Origin: Tubulanus polymorphus
Lineage: Eukaryota > Animalia > Nemertea
Assembly: GCF_964204645.1 (NCBI RefSeq)
Contig: NC_134035.1
Coordinates: 3,038,001 to 3,102,000 of the forward strand
Direction: 5' to 3'
DNA: 64,000 bases
Under the pieces are notes generated by a model, which saw only the letters and a program-made list of their open reading frames with translations, was not told the origin of the DNA and searched no databases. The stretch's first letter is position 1. Every line of letters starts with the position of its first letter. Positions 39,384 to 52,532 of this stretch are shown piece after piece. The position numbers were made by a program, and so were the translations under genes.

Positions 39384-42300
39384 TCAGAATTTAGTGACAT
39401 CGGATTCCGAATCCCTTCTGAAGTTTTCATTGTCCACCCCGTCGTCCTTGGGCTCCGTAACAATGCATTCCTGCATTCCAATTTTATCTACAAAATAAAT
39501 AATGAATCATAACATAATGCACATAATGAATTATAGTTTTTTTAACCAGAAAATAGGGATTGACCCTGTTGTTTATTTGGTTGGTAAATTTCGTTTTATT
39601 TTTATGATTGAGATTCCCACCACACCTGCCGGGAGTGAAAGTTTTGGCTCTTTTATAGCAAAGTCCCTCCAAAAAGAAACTGGTAGGTTCGCGTAAGTCC
39701 TTGCTACTATGCGTTGTTACAAGAGCTTAAGTTTTCTCCCAAATACGGATTCATATACATAAGGTCTAAGATCATATTTGATGGGGTGGAATCATTGATT
39801 AAATACTTGTAAAAGCAATGCTTTCGCCATTTTGTGATTCGGAATTCTCTTTAGGCCAACCATCTCCGTAGGACGCGTTTGGATACGCCGGTTCACCGTG
39901 TTTCGGAATGTCCATTCCTGAATAAAACATGACAAAACATAATGAATTCATTATCATATCACGGTGTTAGATAATTTTGATACATGCGTCCTTAAAAATG
40001 AAATGCCAAGCTCCATAGTTTGAAGTAAATGTTTTACTTCTTTAGGAACGTTTAGTTATTTTGCTTCGGGGCCAATTCGTACTCATGGAATCACATGGAT
40101 TATCTCTGTGGCTTTTGAGTTGTACAAAATAATTTTCGTAGACCAAAACGAGCTTACACTTTTCGTAAGTTGTTAGATCGGTTGTATAGCCAAAATAAGC
40201 TCAATCGAGTCTTGTTAGATTGACTTAAGAACCAAAATCAGGTTTGACTGTTCTTTAATCTAAGCCTTTCCTGTACAAGCAAGTTAATCCTAAGTTAATG
40301 CTTCCAGCGATCTTTTTTCAGATGCATACCTTTGATTTCGTATTCTTTGCTGACGCGTAAGACGCCCGTTACCCGCAGTATAAGGAACATGACGACACAA
40401 ATAACGGCCGTCCAGGCTATGATAGCAACAGCTCCGATCATATTCCACGCAAGATCCTGAGAAAATATGATAATCAATAATGATGATAATAATAATCATA
40501 GAATAATCTTTATATACCACTTTCCACTGCGTTCTAAAACGACTGACAAAAAATATCTACATCATCCTATTACATTTCAGTAAAGTTTTTTGTATTTCAA
40601 GTAAACTTTCACACGAGACTTACTCAACTTTGAATCTATGACATCATCAAAGAGACAATATTTTTGTACTATTTTATACTATTTTACAACATTTTCAATA
40701 TACATTAGGGGACAGAGCATCTAACATCAGACAGATCATCTTTGCAAACCAATAAAAACATTTTTTAACTCATGGGTTGCTTGTGTTTCGTTTTAAAATA
40801 CTAGTTATTTTTGGTTGATGTTCATAATGCATCGGTATTTCAGTCTTTCGTTAATTACTTACTAGAAACGACTTTCGCGTTCCGAGGAAAACGATTCCGG
40901 TTTCCATTTTTAGTAACGGCTGTGCCACCAGTCCCCAAAACCCGCCGACCCCGTGCACGGCTACCGCGTCCAGTGGATCGTCTATCTTCAGGTAAAGCAC
41001 CACGTAGGAAGCTCCCAGATAGAGAAGTCCGGCGACGGCTCCGACGACTGCCGCGCCCCACGGGTACAAGACATTACACCCGGCGCATATAGCTACCTGG
41101 AAAAATATTAGGAGTTTGGGTTATTTCAAATTCCTTATTAGATCATAATTGAAGAATCGGATCAGACTAATTAGACGTACCATTCCGGTTAAGGCGGCAT
41201 TTATTGTACGGAGCAGACTCCACGGTCGTCTGAGCATACCTTGCGGTTTGCATTTATACTGCAAAATGAATTTACATTTCTAAGATAAAGAAGTGATCAG
41301 TGAAAGTTTGGTTAGGTGAATTTACACTGATGCCAAGAATTCAAAAATTCAAAAGCTTAATTCAATATAGTTTATAACAGAGAACACCACTCTTCCAACA
41401 GCCTCGGGTGGCGGCTCCATAAACTTGACAATCTTTGAATTCTTAGACTTCATATTCGATTTTGCATAAGAATAAATACTTCAAACAAATCGATTTATCG
41501 TTCTAGGATATGACTACTTACCGTGCAACAGAACCCGACTTTGAAGGCAATGAGCGCCGAAAAGGCGGCAAAGCTTCCGGCGAGCACCGTGTTCATAATG
41601 GCCTCGGCGATCGCGGCGCCGTCACCGGGCTGAGAGATACTGGCCTGCGATCCGCCGTTAAACGCGAAAAAACCAAACACCAAAATGAATCCTCCCAAAG
41701 CGCCGAGCTGTAATAGATGGTAGAGAAAATTGATTACGGTGGAACATATAGTCGTCACAACGGGCGAACTTCAGTGAATCGGAAGTTGTCGGTTCTAAAA
41801 TGGAACGGAACGCTAGGTGCGTTCTATATTGGAACGGACCAAAATTTTACAATGAAAGCGAAAAGATTGTAACTGGATCTATGCGGGTGGATATCCTGAA
41901 CTTTTGGCTAGTTTTCTCAGAAAAACTTTTGATAGCAAAATTACTATCATATAAACAATAGGCCACGGGTAGAAAGCTTATCCGAATTTTTAGTAAAAAC
42001 CAGAATATTGTAACTAGCTAGGCAACTATCTTAACTTTTGCAACAAAAAAATTTTAAGGCCCATCATCTAAGGCTCATCATCAACGTCAAATTATGACTC
42101 CTCGCCGAAGATCTGATGATGAAATTTAGAACTTTCTGAATACAGACGTATAGCGCGTGGATGAAAGACACAACGTACCGGAACAGAGTGTCCTGGTATC
42201 GTATTCGGTTTACTGGTCGTTTCGTCGAAACGTCCCAAACGAGGTTTCAGTATCGCCGCCCCGACCAGTGCGGCAGTGCCTCCGAGAAGGTGAACCACAC

Positions 42301-44737
42301 CGCTGCCAGCAAAATCCTTTAAAAACGAATAAAAAGAGGAGATATACAGGATCAACCAACAGCCCAGAACGGCACCGGACATCTTTGAAGTCTAGCCAAC
42401 TGTCCGGTGTCCGGCTATATTAAACTTTGACATCATAATCTTGTTTACAAGTGGAAAAAGTTGAGTGATCATTATCATAGCCGATTCTTCACAATAGAGA
42501 CGCGTGTTTACCTGGTAACTGGAATCAACTCCGTTTCCTTGACTCAGCCATCCTTCACTGGACCACGTCCAATGGGTCACAATGGGATAAACTATCCCTG
42601 CAAATTTACAAAATATTGTTTAGAAATTGTGTTTAATCTTGTATACAATCCATACTATATTCGTTATATAAATATGGTAAACACTTCTAATTGATTATAA
42701 GTATTGGTACCCGGGGTGAGGGGAACATTGTTACAAGTCTTAATCAAAGAATCAGTGAAATAGTGACCAACAATAAGACCAACTATGTAAAGCCTTAGGC
42801 AATGTGGTAACCCTGCAGATTGCTATATAATTACAGAAATATTTCTTTAAACAATAAATCCTATTATCATATTTGTCCATTTGTATTTATTGCCGTAAAG
42901 TTTTGAATTTCTGTTTTCAATTTTCTTTTCCTTTATGTCGTTATTCTGAGGGTGCCAGCGTGACGCAACCGGTGGGCGTGTATACTAGTTAGCGGGAACA
43001 GATCAAAAGACAATTTGTACGCATTGTATTGAGTTGCACATTGTTCGCAAGTTCTGATTAAGTTTTCGTCGAAACAGTGTCCTTAGGACAGTTTACTGAC
43101 CCCGCCCCAGGTATCTAATTATATCACTTTGAATTACTGATTAGTGGCCTGTAAGAACAAAGCTGTAAACAAGATATGCGATGTGTTCCCACAGTTCGGC
43201 CATTGCCCCGGACACGATCGTGTCGGCCGCGGACCATTTACTGACCCCACCCCAGGTATCTAATTATATCGCTCTAAATTACTGATTACTGACCTGTAAT
43301 AACGAAGCTGTAAACAAGATAAGCAATGAATTCACACCGTTCGGCCATTGCCCCGGACACGATCGTGGCGGCCGTGGCGGCGAACACGAAGTGGAAGAAC
43401 CACAAGTGGTACTGCGACGGTGGTAGACTCTCGCTGAAGAAGTATCGGTGTCCGATGAACACGTTGCCTTTACCGAACGCGAACGGATAGCCGACCGACC
43501 AGTACGCTATACCGCTTACGACTGAAACATAAGTGAATTGAATAGTTTATTTTCAAATATATAATTTACAGCTTATGCGTACATAAATGCAAAATATGAA
43601 ATACAGTGAGTAACACTCGGAAGGGTATGTGGAAACTAGGAAATTGTTGATATCAAACAGGTCCGCCAGAAAGAAAAAAGTGAAGAAGTAAAAAGAGAAG
43701 ACTAATGCGCAAACCCGAGTCATCAGGCTTTCAAAATATAACGCAAAGTAGGCCTAGTAGGCCGAGTTCATTTGATTCTGGGTTCAGTTTTGCAAAAATA
43801 CTGGTTTAATTTTATTGCTATAGGTTCATGGATACTAAAACGAATTCGTCCAGCAGGTTATATTCATATTATTTCCAATGAGGACTACGAATCAAAATTT
43901 AGGCTTAGATTTTAGGCTATATATTTTACGTTTATGATTATTCAGTGAAATTTTGAGCTCGCGACTGCCATAACTAGATCCAGATATTCGTGTCATCAAA
44001 TTTTGAACAAGATTGTAAATTTTTTTTTCAAACTTGACAAAAGGAGCCCTAGAGTCGTAAAGGCGGCTCCTTGGAATAATGATATGATAATAATTACTGA
44101 TATGATACAATCGGTTTTGAACGGATAAAGGTGAAATTCAACTCACAAGCGTCGAGGAAATTCTTCATCAAAATGTTAGTCGTATTTTTACTGCGAACTG
44201 ATCCAGCTTCGAGGAACGCGAAACCGCATTGCATAACTGTACATGTAAATAGAATTGAAGAAAACAACATAATATATAGAAACTGTTTGATTTTACACGC
44301 GATCGAGCAATGTCAACAAATTATCTTAGCTTTTCCCTGATTTTTAGCTGTTTTACAAAAATTCCCTGATTTTCCCTGATTTTTTTAACGAAACCAAATT
44401 CCCCTGGATTTTTCCCTGATTTTTATCTGTTTTACAAAAATTCCCTGATTTTTCAACGAAAAGAAAATTCCCTGGTTTTTCCCTGATTTCCAGGTAAGTA
44501 GACCCACTCGAATAGATATCGACTCAATGAATCATTTCGGCTCTTTTTTATTACTCTCAGTGTGGGATTCGGTGACAGAGTGTTTCATCAATGGTTACTA
44601 TTCATACAGCGCTACTTACAAAATATCACCATCGCCATCGTCAGAACGAAGAATACGTCGATGTTTTCAACGATATCGGCGATGTTTACGGAAACTGCTG
44701 GATTAGGAGCTAAAGTGGTCGACGCGTTCGAAGCCAT
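39384..44737 (-). CDS. amt: Ammonium transporter (Amt family), 11 coding exons, 499 aa
   Basis: Exons 44620-44737, 44147-44236 ([25 protein letters not shown]), 43294-43521 ([21 protein letters not shown]), 42512-42597 (YPIVTHWTW), 42179-42316 ([18 protein letters not shown]), 41522-41707 (GFFAFNGGS), 41181-41258, 40863-41096 ([15 protein letters not shown]), 40330-40456, 39807-39917 ([12 protein letters not shown]), 39384-39487 (..VTKF*). They total 1500 nt with all phases matching, and both pore histidines are present. Confidence 0.95.
43086..43230 (-). pseudogene. Intronic tandem duplicate (145 bp) of the 3' end of Amt exon 3 plus its donor region; decayed pseudo-exon
   Basis: 43086-43230 repeats 43231-43375. 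The copy reads [27 protein letters not shown] (conserved AER changed to AEL), and its donor GT has become GC. Confidence 0.8.
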
Positions 44738-45001
44738 CTTGGAACAGGTCCCGGTGTAATAGGGGGTATCTGCGGATATATAAACAGCTGGCGTTTTTCT
44801 AGTAAATCTATCCTAGTGTATTTCGTGCTGGTTAACGGTAGAAATTGCGACGATCAATCTGACAATAGAAAGAGATTACTGAGGATTTGTGATAACCATT
44901 CCACTTGACGCGTAAGCGCGTGACGTCGCCGTGTGAAAAGCGCCAAAACAATCTTTAGAATTGAGACATTCAAATTAAGCGCTATAAACCGACCTTAAAC
45001 G

Positions 45002-45180
45002 TTAGGCAGGTTTCGATTTGTCGATACTGATTCCGAAATTCTCTTCTGGCGCGTTCATTTCGGTCAGAGCCTATTCCGGAACGGCCTTATCTGTAAACCT
45101 GATAGAAGCGGCCGGTAGAGAGTTTGTAATCCGCAATTGCTATTCCTGGACTGGAATGAGTTCAATCGAAACCTGCCTAA
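45002..45180. mobile_element. Small MITE-like element with 17-bp TIRs
   Basis: 'ttaggcaggtttcgatt' ... 'aatcgaaacctgcctaa'. Confidence 0.55.
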
Positions 45181-46852
45181 TTATCTACGGTCGTTGATTG
45201 GGGAATCGCGCATCATTTTTTTTGTGTAGCTGATTTATGAGGAAAACAATTTCAAATCCTAGACATTTTTTTCATCGAGTTTTACGCGTAATTTTATTGA
45301 CGTAACGTTGAATTTACGCCACGTAAAACTATCCATCGTTTTCACGTTAATTGATTTTTTTCTTCGCGCGAATCGGCTACAAAAAATAATGCCTTAATAG
45401 GCCACCCTGTTAAACGCCACTAAATTTTGAAAAAGAAAATTGCGTACGCGCTCTTTAAAAAAGGACATTACCGTGAGACCTTTTATAAGAGGGAGTAGAT
45501 ATAAGGAGTATACTCCTAATTATCTTCTCTAGAATTATTTCTGAAGACATTATGGCGATTTAATTGAAATTTCAATGATATCATAAGAACAATATCTAAT
45601 ACCATAATACCATTCAATTCAGCGTGTTTTTAAATCATAATGATATTATAATTACAATATTTTATATCATAATATTATCTAATATCATGATATTTTACGT
45701 TATGATTTAATGAAATTATGATATTCTAAAATTATTTCTTTCAATATCTTATATACCAACTTACCTGGCGAGTCTTTCTTGCAATTATGCGCACTTTCCC
45801 AGAAGGTCCGGTGAGCTGTATGAGCAGCGTTTCGCAATATTAAAAACACATTCCAGGCCCGACATGACGTCATGTAATTGTGTACATGCGGGCGGTCATT
45901 GTGCGTTAAGATTCTAATTTAATCATTCAGCTTTCACCATAATTGTTAAGCTGTTCATAATCTCATAATCTCATAGATCTCATAGATCTCAATCTCTCAA
46001 GCGAGAGTTCTTAATTGCTTCCTCAAAACGTTTTAGATTTAAAAGGCACAACATAAGTGTCATATGAATCTTACTTTTTTTCTGACGCACTAATGAATAC
46101 GACAAAGCAAATCTATAGATATCTTGATATGTTTCTAAAAACTAAAAACAACAATTTTCTAGTTATATAATAAGACATAAATCTAACTTTAGGGCTTAAG
46201 CCAAATCAATAACTTTATTACGAGTTATCTATTTTTTCAAGTGCATATTTCGACTTAAATTCTATCTTTAAAGCTCTGGTCATGAAACCAAATCCTCCTT
46301 GCGTTTGAATTCGTTTCGGTGCTCTATCAGGTATTCATAGGACTTAAGCGATGTGATTATTGCACGAATTTTAAACAAGACTCTGGGACCTTATTCACCA
46401 ACGCCAAAGCAACGCAATTTTCATCGCAAATGGTCTCGCAACGCAAATCATCCGCGCAAACTGGCGTGACGTTAGTGAATAAGGCCCTGGTCTGCTGAAG
46501 TTCCTTGTAACGAGGTTCCACTTAAGTCTAAAGATAATCATCAAATACAGTTATAAGATAATGCCAACACAATATTATACGGTAATAATAAGTTTAAAAA
46601 ACAAATATATTTTGTGAGTAAATGAGTGAACAACCAAAAACTATGTGATTGGAGCCTGGCCCTTGAGCTTTTCTATACCCTGCAAGTACCAAGCACCCGC
46701 ATGCACAACAATGCACTGTTAAACGGTTTAGAGTCCATGTTACAAACAAACTTGTACACACTGAGTGTCTGGAAAAAATTAAAAGAACAGTAGATGATGG
46801 TCGATGATATTCTATTTATTGCAAACGAAAGCAATCTACAATGATCGATGAA

Positions 46853-49041
46853 TTAACGACCGAACCATAATCCAGTTTTCGCTTTTCCGTAGCCCGCGCA
46901 ATTACCACCTCCTTGTATACACGTCTCCCTGTACTTATCGGGCTGTTGGCAGAAGCGGGACGACCGATCCTTACACGTCGTTACGCTTCCTTTGCACGTC
47001 CACAATCCTTTTTTAAAGCACTTGCACGCCATAGTGCTGTGAGGAGGTTTGCTGATCACGCAGCCGCCGTTCCTGTAGTCGCAATCGCACGCGTGACGCG
47101 AGTAACCGTCACAGTCTCCTCCGCCTTGAATACAGGAATATATGGTCTTGCTGGGCGTCTTGCAGAACGGGGAATTCGGGTCTGTGCAGTGCGCAAGGTG
47201 TCCGCGGCAACTCCACAAGCCGCGATACACGCATTTACACGCCATGTTCGGAGGAGCCTGGCGACTGATCGCGCAGCCACCCCAGTGATAGTCGCAGTCA
47301 CAGGTATGTGTAGGGGTTGGTCGTAGAGCCACGGCTGATGGTATGCTATCTTTTTGCGTAGCCAGCTTCAGTCCAGCTTCTTTGATGACATGCGCGGCCA
47401 CTGCCGGTCGATTCGTCATGATTCCACCAAACGATTGAACGTATTTTCTCATCGTACTGGACGAGTCTATTGTCCAGATGTAGGCCATACCAATCTCCTT
47501 GTAAGATGTTTTAGAAACGACCGCGTTGACTGTCGACGTCGACAGATTATCTAACAAGCAAGCAGATATCCCGGTTCCGAAAACGATGTTCCTCGTATCC
47601 AGTTGCTGTAACCTTCCTACCGCGCCCCCGATATTATTCTTTTCGCCGTCAATGGTGAAATAATACTTCGACATCCACCGCGATTCGGTCCTTTTTTTCA
47701 GCTCGTCGATCGCCGCTTCCAAGTAGTTCGCCGCGCGTATCGACGGAACTCCGATAATCACCTGACCTCGGTAACCTTGACCGAATAGGTGTTTTTCGAC
47801 CAAGCTGACGATGTTGTAGCCGGCGTCGCGTCTCAGGCCGTAGTCCATGGACAACGGGTTTATCTTGCTGTCGATGACGACCAATGCTAAATCTGTTTTG
47901 GCGACGTACTGTAGCAATTCCGCGGCGTCCTGTCCTGAACCGCACGGCGCGTGCTGACAAACAGTACCTTTAGTCGAACAGATACAGTCGCACGGAAACG
48001 GATGCGTGAAACGAGTGGGAGTCGATCCTTTGAAAATGATATCGACTTCGATGGCGTTGGCGCCCTGACTGATCGCCCATTTTACGGCCGGGACCGTGTT
48101 CGTCGAGTGAGCGATATTGTAGTAAACGCGTTCTGAAAAACGAAACGGAGCAGAAAACGATGTGTTAAAATTGTCGTTCATTAAACATGTTTATCGTAAA
48201 AGACGAGAAAACTATCCCAAATGTTTGAAATCAAAGACTTGTTAGAAAGTCATGTTTTGTAAAAAATCTTTTAGTCTAAAAACAGTCGCAAACAATATTT
48301 TAACAATAATAATAATCTGTATTTACATTGCAGTTATAACATAATATATCTATAATTTTAAGTGCTTTTTTCTGTTACTAAGTTATTCTATCATGATTTG
48401 ATTTAGAAATCAATGGAGCCCAGGCTATAAGGGAAAATGTGAAAGGTGACAATGAATGTAACTATCATACAGTTGTTTAAGGCAACGGAACCGAACAATT
48501 TGTTTAATGCAATATTTTCATGCATTGATAACTGCGTTATTCAGTGCGAGGAGTCGATGTGCACTACGTCATCGGTATTTGCGTTTCAAAATATCAATTA
48601 CAATTGTGGATTTTGGCGTTCTTCAGGTAATTGAAAAATGTCACGACTTATTTTCTGTTTGATAGATTTCCATGCCTTTCTATCATGGATTTAAGTAAGG
48701 TTTATGTACGAATGGACGTGCACTACGTCATCAACATTTGGGCTCGATTGGCTGCCACTTAATTCGATCCAATCAAAGTTTCGATATTTTCAAACTCAAA
48801 ATAACTTCACTGATTCTTTTATTATACTATCTATTTTTATGTAATTGTCGATAATATTGAGCGATATATGTGTTATTTTTCAAGGCGCAAATAAGGTCAA
48901 TTTCGAAAAAGCTTGATGAAAACCTGTTTAGAAATACGATACTTAACACTATCAAACAAGGTCTCAGAACCTACCGTTTGCAGCATCGACGGCTAGGGAT
49001 AAAGCCGCTACTGCGAGTAAAACCTGAACAGCGGCAATCAT
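46853..49041 (-). CDS. Secreted sphingomyelinase D / phospholipase D (Sicariid-toxin-like, GDPD-like fold) with two C-terminal 10-Cys repeats, copy A, ~448 aa
   Basis: Exon 1, 48975-49041, encodes signal peptide MIAAVQVLLAVAALSLAVDAAN; a phase-1 intron follows; exon 2 is 46853-48132. Motifs IAH, GANAIEVD, THPFPCDC, VIDSK, AYIWTID, GIMTNRP and KLATQKD correspond to Loxosceles SMase D His12, Glu32/Asp34, His47, Asp91/Lys93, Tyr228/Trp230/Asp233, Asn252 and the C-terminal plug. AATAAA at 46815-46820 (minus strand). Confidence 0.92.
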
Positions 49042-49833
49042 CTTCGTGTTTACTTGTCAAACGTCTGACCCCTTCGCCATTAACGGAAATCAATGGCAGA
49101 CTTTGCTTAAGTTCTCAATATCTATGATGCTTAAACATATGGTCGATTTCGGAAATTTGATAAGTGAACTAATCGCGTGAGAGCAAATGCAGATCAAATT
49201 TTTTTCAATCTCGATAACATATGTTTCCTTGTTTACATACACTGTAAAAAGGGTGTTCTGCTCTATGATAGCTTTCTGAACGGTAGGCGGTAATAATGCC
49301 AGAAGTAAAAATGCCAGAGGAAAAATCTCACCATAGGTAAAAATGTCAGAGGTAAAGATGCCAGAAGGAAATATGAGGAAAATTAAGTGAAGGATTTATT
49401 AACATTGGACCTGTAAATTCTTATTTACACTAGATTTTACGTAATGAATGCACAGTTTACAACATATTCCGGCCTAAAAAAAAATATTCTTTGGAATCTA
49501 TTTGCTTAATTATAAGTCATGTCCGTTAATTCGACGCATCAACATTAACTCGTCAAAACAGGGGCGGATCCAGAGGCAACGTTTGTAGGACTTTTCACAT
49601 TTCTAAAATGGCACTTCGATGTCCAAAAGGCTGACTCCTTCGCTGAGGGGCTTTGGAAGAACTTGTGTGCGAGTGTTAAGATTTGCGGTTTTTGACGACC
49701 CCTATCCGGACATCCCTGCTATCCATATCCCGAGCGTCCCGATTTAAATTGTAAAACGTTATTCTTGAGGAAATTAGTGAAAATGCCCAAACTACGATTT
49801 ACTTTATCATTCTTTTATTCTATATGAACGTTT

Positions 49834-50015
49834 CTACAACCCGACGGAATAACCGTCGCAGTCTCCACCGCCATGAAGACAGGACCGGATACCCTTATCG
49901 GGCAATCTACAGGATACGGAATTCGGGTCTTGGCAGTGTGCAAGGTATCCGCGGCAAGTCCACGCGCCGCGATACACACATTGACACGCCATGTTCGGAG
50001 GAGCCTGGCGACTGA
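49834..50015 (-). pseudogene. 3' remnant of a C-type SMase D gene (partial Cys-rich repeat and stop codon)
   Basis: Reads SRQAPPNMACQCVYRGAWTCRGYLAHCQDPNSVSCRLPDKGIRSCLHGGGDCDGYSVGL*, matching the end of copy C. Its downstream flank matches the flank of copy C, and it has no catalytic domain. Confidence 0.85.
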
Positions 50016-50209
50016 GCTTTTCTATACCCTGTAAGTACCATGCACCCGCAGGTACTACAACAATGCAATGTAAAACGATTTAGAGTCCATGCTACAACCA
50101 AAATTGTACACACTGAGTGTCTGGAAAAAATTTAAAGAACAGTAGATGATGGTCGATGATATTTTATTCATTGCGAACGAAAGCAACCAAATCTACAATG
50201 ATCGATGAA

Positions 50210-51888
50210 TTAACGACCGAACCAAAATCCAGTTTTCGCTTTTCCATAGCCCGCGCAATTACCACCTCCTTGTAAACACGTCTCCCTGTACTTATCGGGC
50301 TGTTGGCAGAAGCGGGACGACCGATCCTTACACGTCGTTACGCTTCCTTTGCACGTCCTCGGTCCTTTCTTATAGCACTTGCACGCCATAGTGCTGTGAG
50401 GAGGTTTGCTGATCACGCAGCCGCCGTTCCTGTAGTCGCAATCGCAAGCGTAACGCGAGTAACCGTCACAGTCTCCTCCGCCTTGAATACAGGAATATAT
50501 GGTCTTGCTGGGCGTCTTGCAGAACGGGGAATTCGGGTCTTTGCAGTGCGTAGTGTGTCCGCGACAAGTCCACGCGCCGCGATACACGCATTTACACGCC
50601 ATGTTCGGAGGAGCCTGGCGACTGATCGCGCATCCACCCCGGTGATAGTCGCAGTCGCATGTATGTCTAGGAGTTGGTTGGAGAGCCACGGCTGATGGTA
50701 TGCTATCGTTTTGCGAAGCCAGCTTCAGTCCAGCTTCTTTGATGACATGCGCGGCCACTGCCGGTCGATTCGTCATGATTCCGCCAAACGATTGAACGTA
50801 TTTTCTCATCGTACTGGACGAGTCTATTGTCCAGATGTAAGCCATACCAATCTCCTTGTAAGATGTTTTAGTAACGACAGCGTTGACTGTCGACGTCGAC
50901 AGATTATCTACCAAGCAAGCAGATATCCCGGTTCCGAAAACGATGTTCCTCGTATCCAGTTGCTGTAACCTTCCTACCGCGCCCCCGATATTATTCATCT
51001 CGCCGTCAATGGTGAAATAATACTTCGACATCCACCGCGATTCGGTCCCGTTTTTCAGCTCGTCGATCGCCGCTTCCAAGTAGTTCGCCGCGCGTATCGA
51101 TGGAACTCCGATAATCACCTGACCTCCGTAACCTTGACCGAATAGGTGTTTTTCGACCAACCTGACGATGTTGTAGCCGGCGTCGCGTCTCGCGCCGTAG
51201 TCCATGGACAACGGGTTTATCTTGCTGTCGATGACGACCAATGCTAAATCTGTTTTGGCGACGTACTGTAGCAACTCCGCGGCGTCCTGTCCTGAACCGC
51301 ACGGCGCGTGCTGACAAACAGTACCTTTAGTCGAACAGATACAGTCGCACGGAAACGGATGCGTGAAACGAGTGGGAGTCGATCCTTTGAAATTGATGTC
51401 GACTTCGATGGCGTTGGCGCCCTGACTGATCGCCCATTTTACGGCCGGGACCGTGTTCGTCATGTGAGCGATATTGTAGTAAACGCGTTCTGAAAAACGA
51501 AACAAAAGATAGAAAACGATATTTTCAAAGAACTTTAGACACGCCATGTCATTCTTTTTATACGTAAGAGACGTGGAAATTATCTCAAATTTTTGAAATT
51601 AAAAACTTGTTAGAAGGCCTTTTTTGTAAATAATCTTTCGTAATTATGTGTTATTTTCCAGAACGTCAATAAACTTTCAAATTAGTGTTCTCGTTTTATA
51701 TAAGGCGGAATATCCTGGGCTCTAATCTGTGCAAATAAGGTCAATTTCATATAAGCTTGATGAAAACTCGTTGTTTAGGAATATGATATTAAACATTATC
51801 TAAAAAGGTCTCAGAACCTACCTTTTGCAGGATCGACGGCTAGGGATAAAGCCGCTACTGCGAGTAAAACCTGAACGACGGCAATCAT
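50210..51888 (-). CDS. Secreted sphingomyelinase D / PLD with two C-terminal 10-Cys repeats, copy B, ~448 aa
   Basis: Exon 1 is 51822-51888 (MIAVVQVLLAVAALSLAVDPAK) and exon 2 is 50210-51489. Same catalytic motifs, with IAHMTN. Confidence 0.92.
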
Positions 51889-52532
51889 CTTCGCGTTTAC
51901 TTGTCAAACGTCTGACCCCTTCGACATCGACAGAAGTCAATGGCCGACTTCGCTAAAGTTCTCAATATTTATGACGCTTAAACATATGGTCGATTTCTGA
52001 TGATCGGAAATTTGATAAGTGAATTTTAATCGCGTGAAAGCAAATGCAGATGACTCGAAATCAAATTTATTCAATATCGATAACACATAGTTCGATGTTT
52101 AGGTATGTATTTACTTGTTTACTTGAACGTCTATCGAGGACATGAGCGGCTGCAAATCGAGAAGCTGTCATTTGTAATCAAATACTCATTATCTTTGGAA
52201 TCTATTTGCTTATTATGCATTTCCATTGATTCGACAAATCAACATCAACTCGTCAAAACAGGGGCGAATCTAGAGGCAACGTTTGTAGGACTTTTCACAT
52301 TTTTCATATGGCACTTCGATGTCAAAAAGGTTGACTCCGGCACCGAGAGGTTGAGTTGGAAGAAATTGTGTGCGAGTGTCAATATTTACGGGTTTTAGCG
52401 ACCCATATCTTGACATCCCTGCTATCTCTATCCTGGAGCGTCCAGATTTATAGTACGTTTTTCTTGGGGAAATTAATGAAAATACCCAAACTACAATTTA
52501 CTTAATCATTCTTTTATTCTGTATGAACTTTT

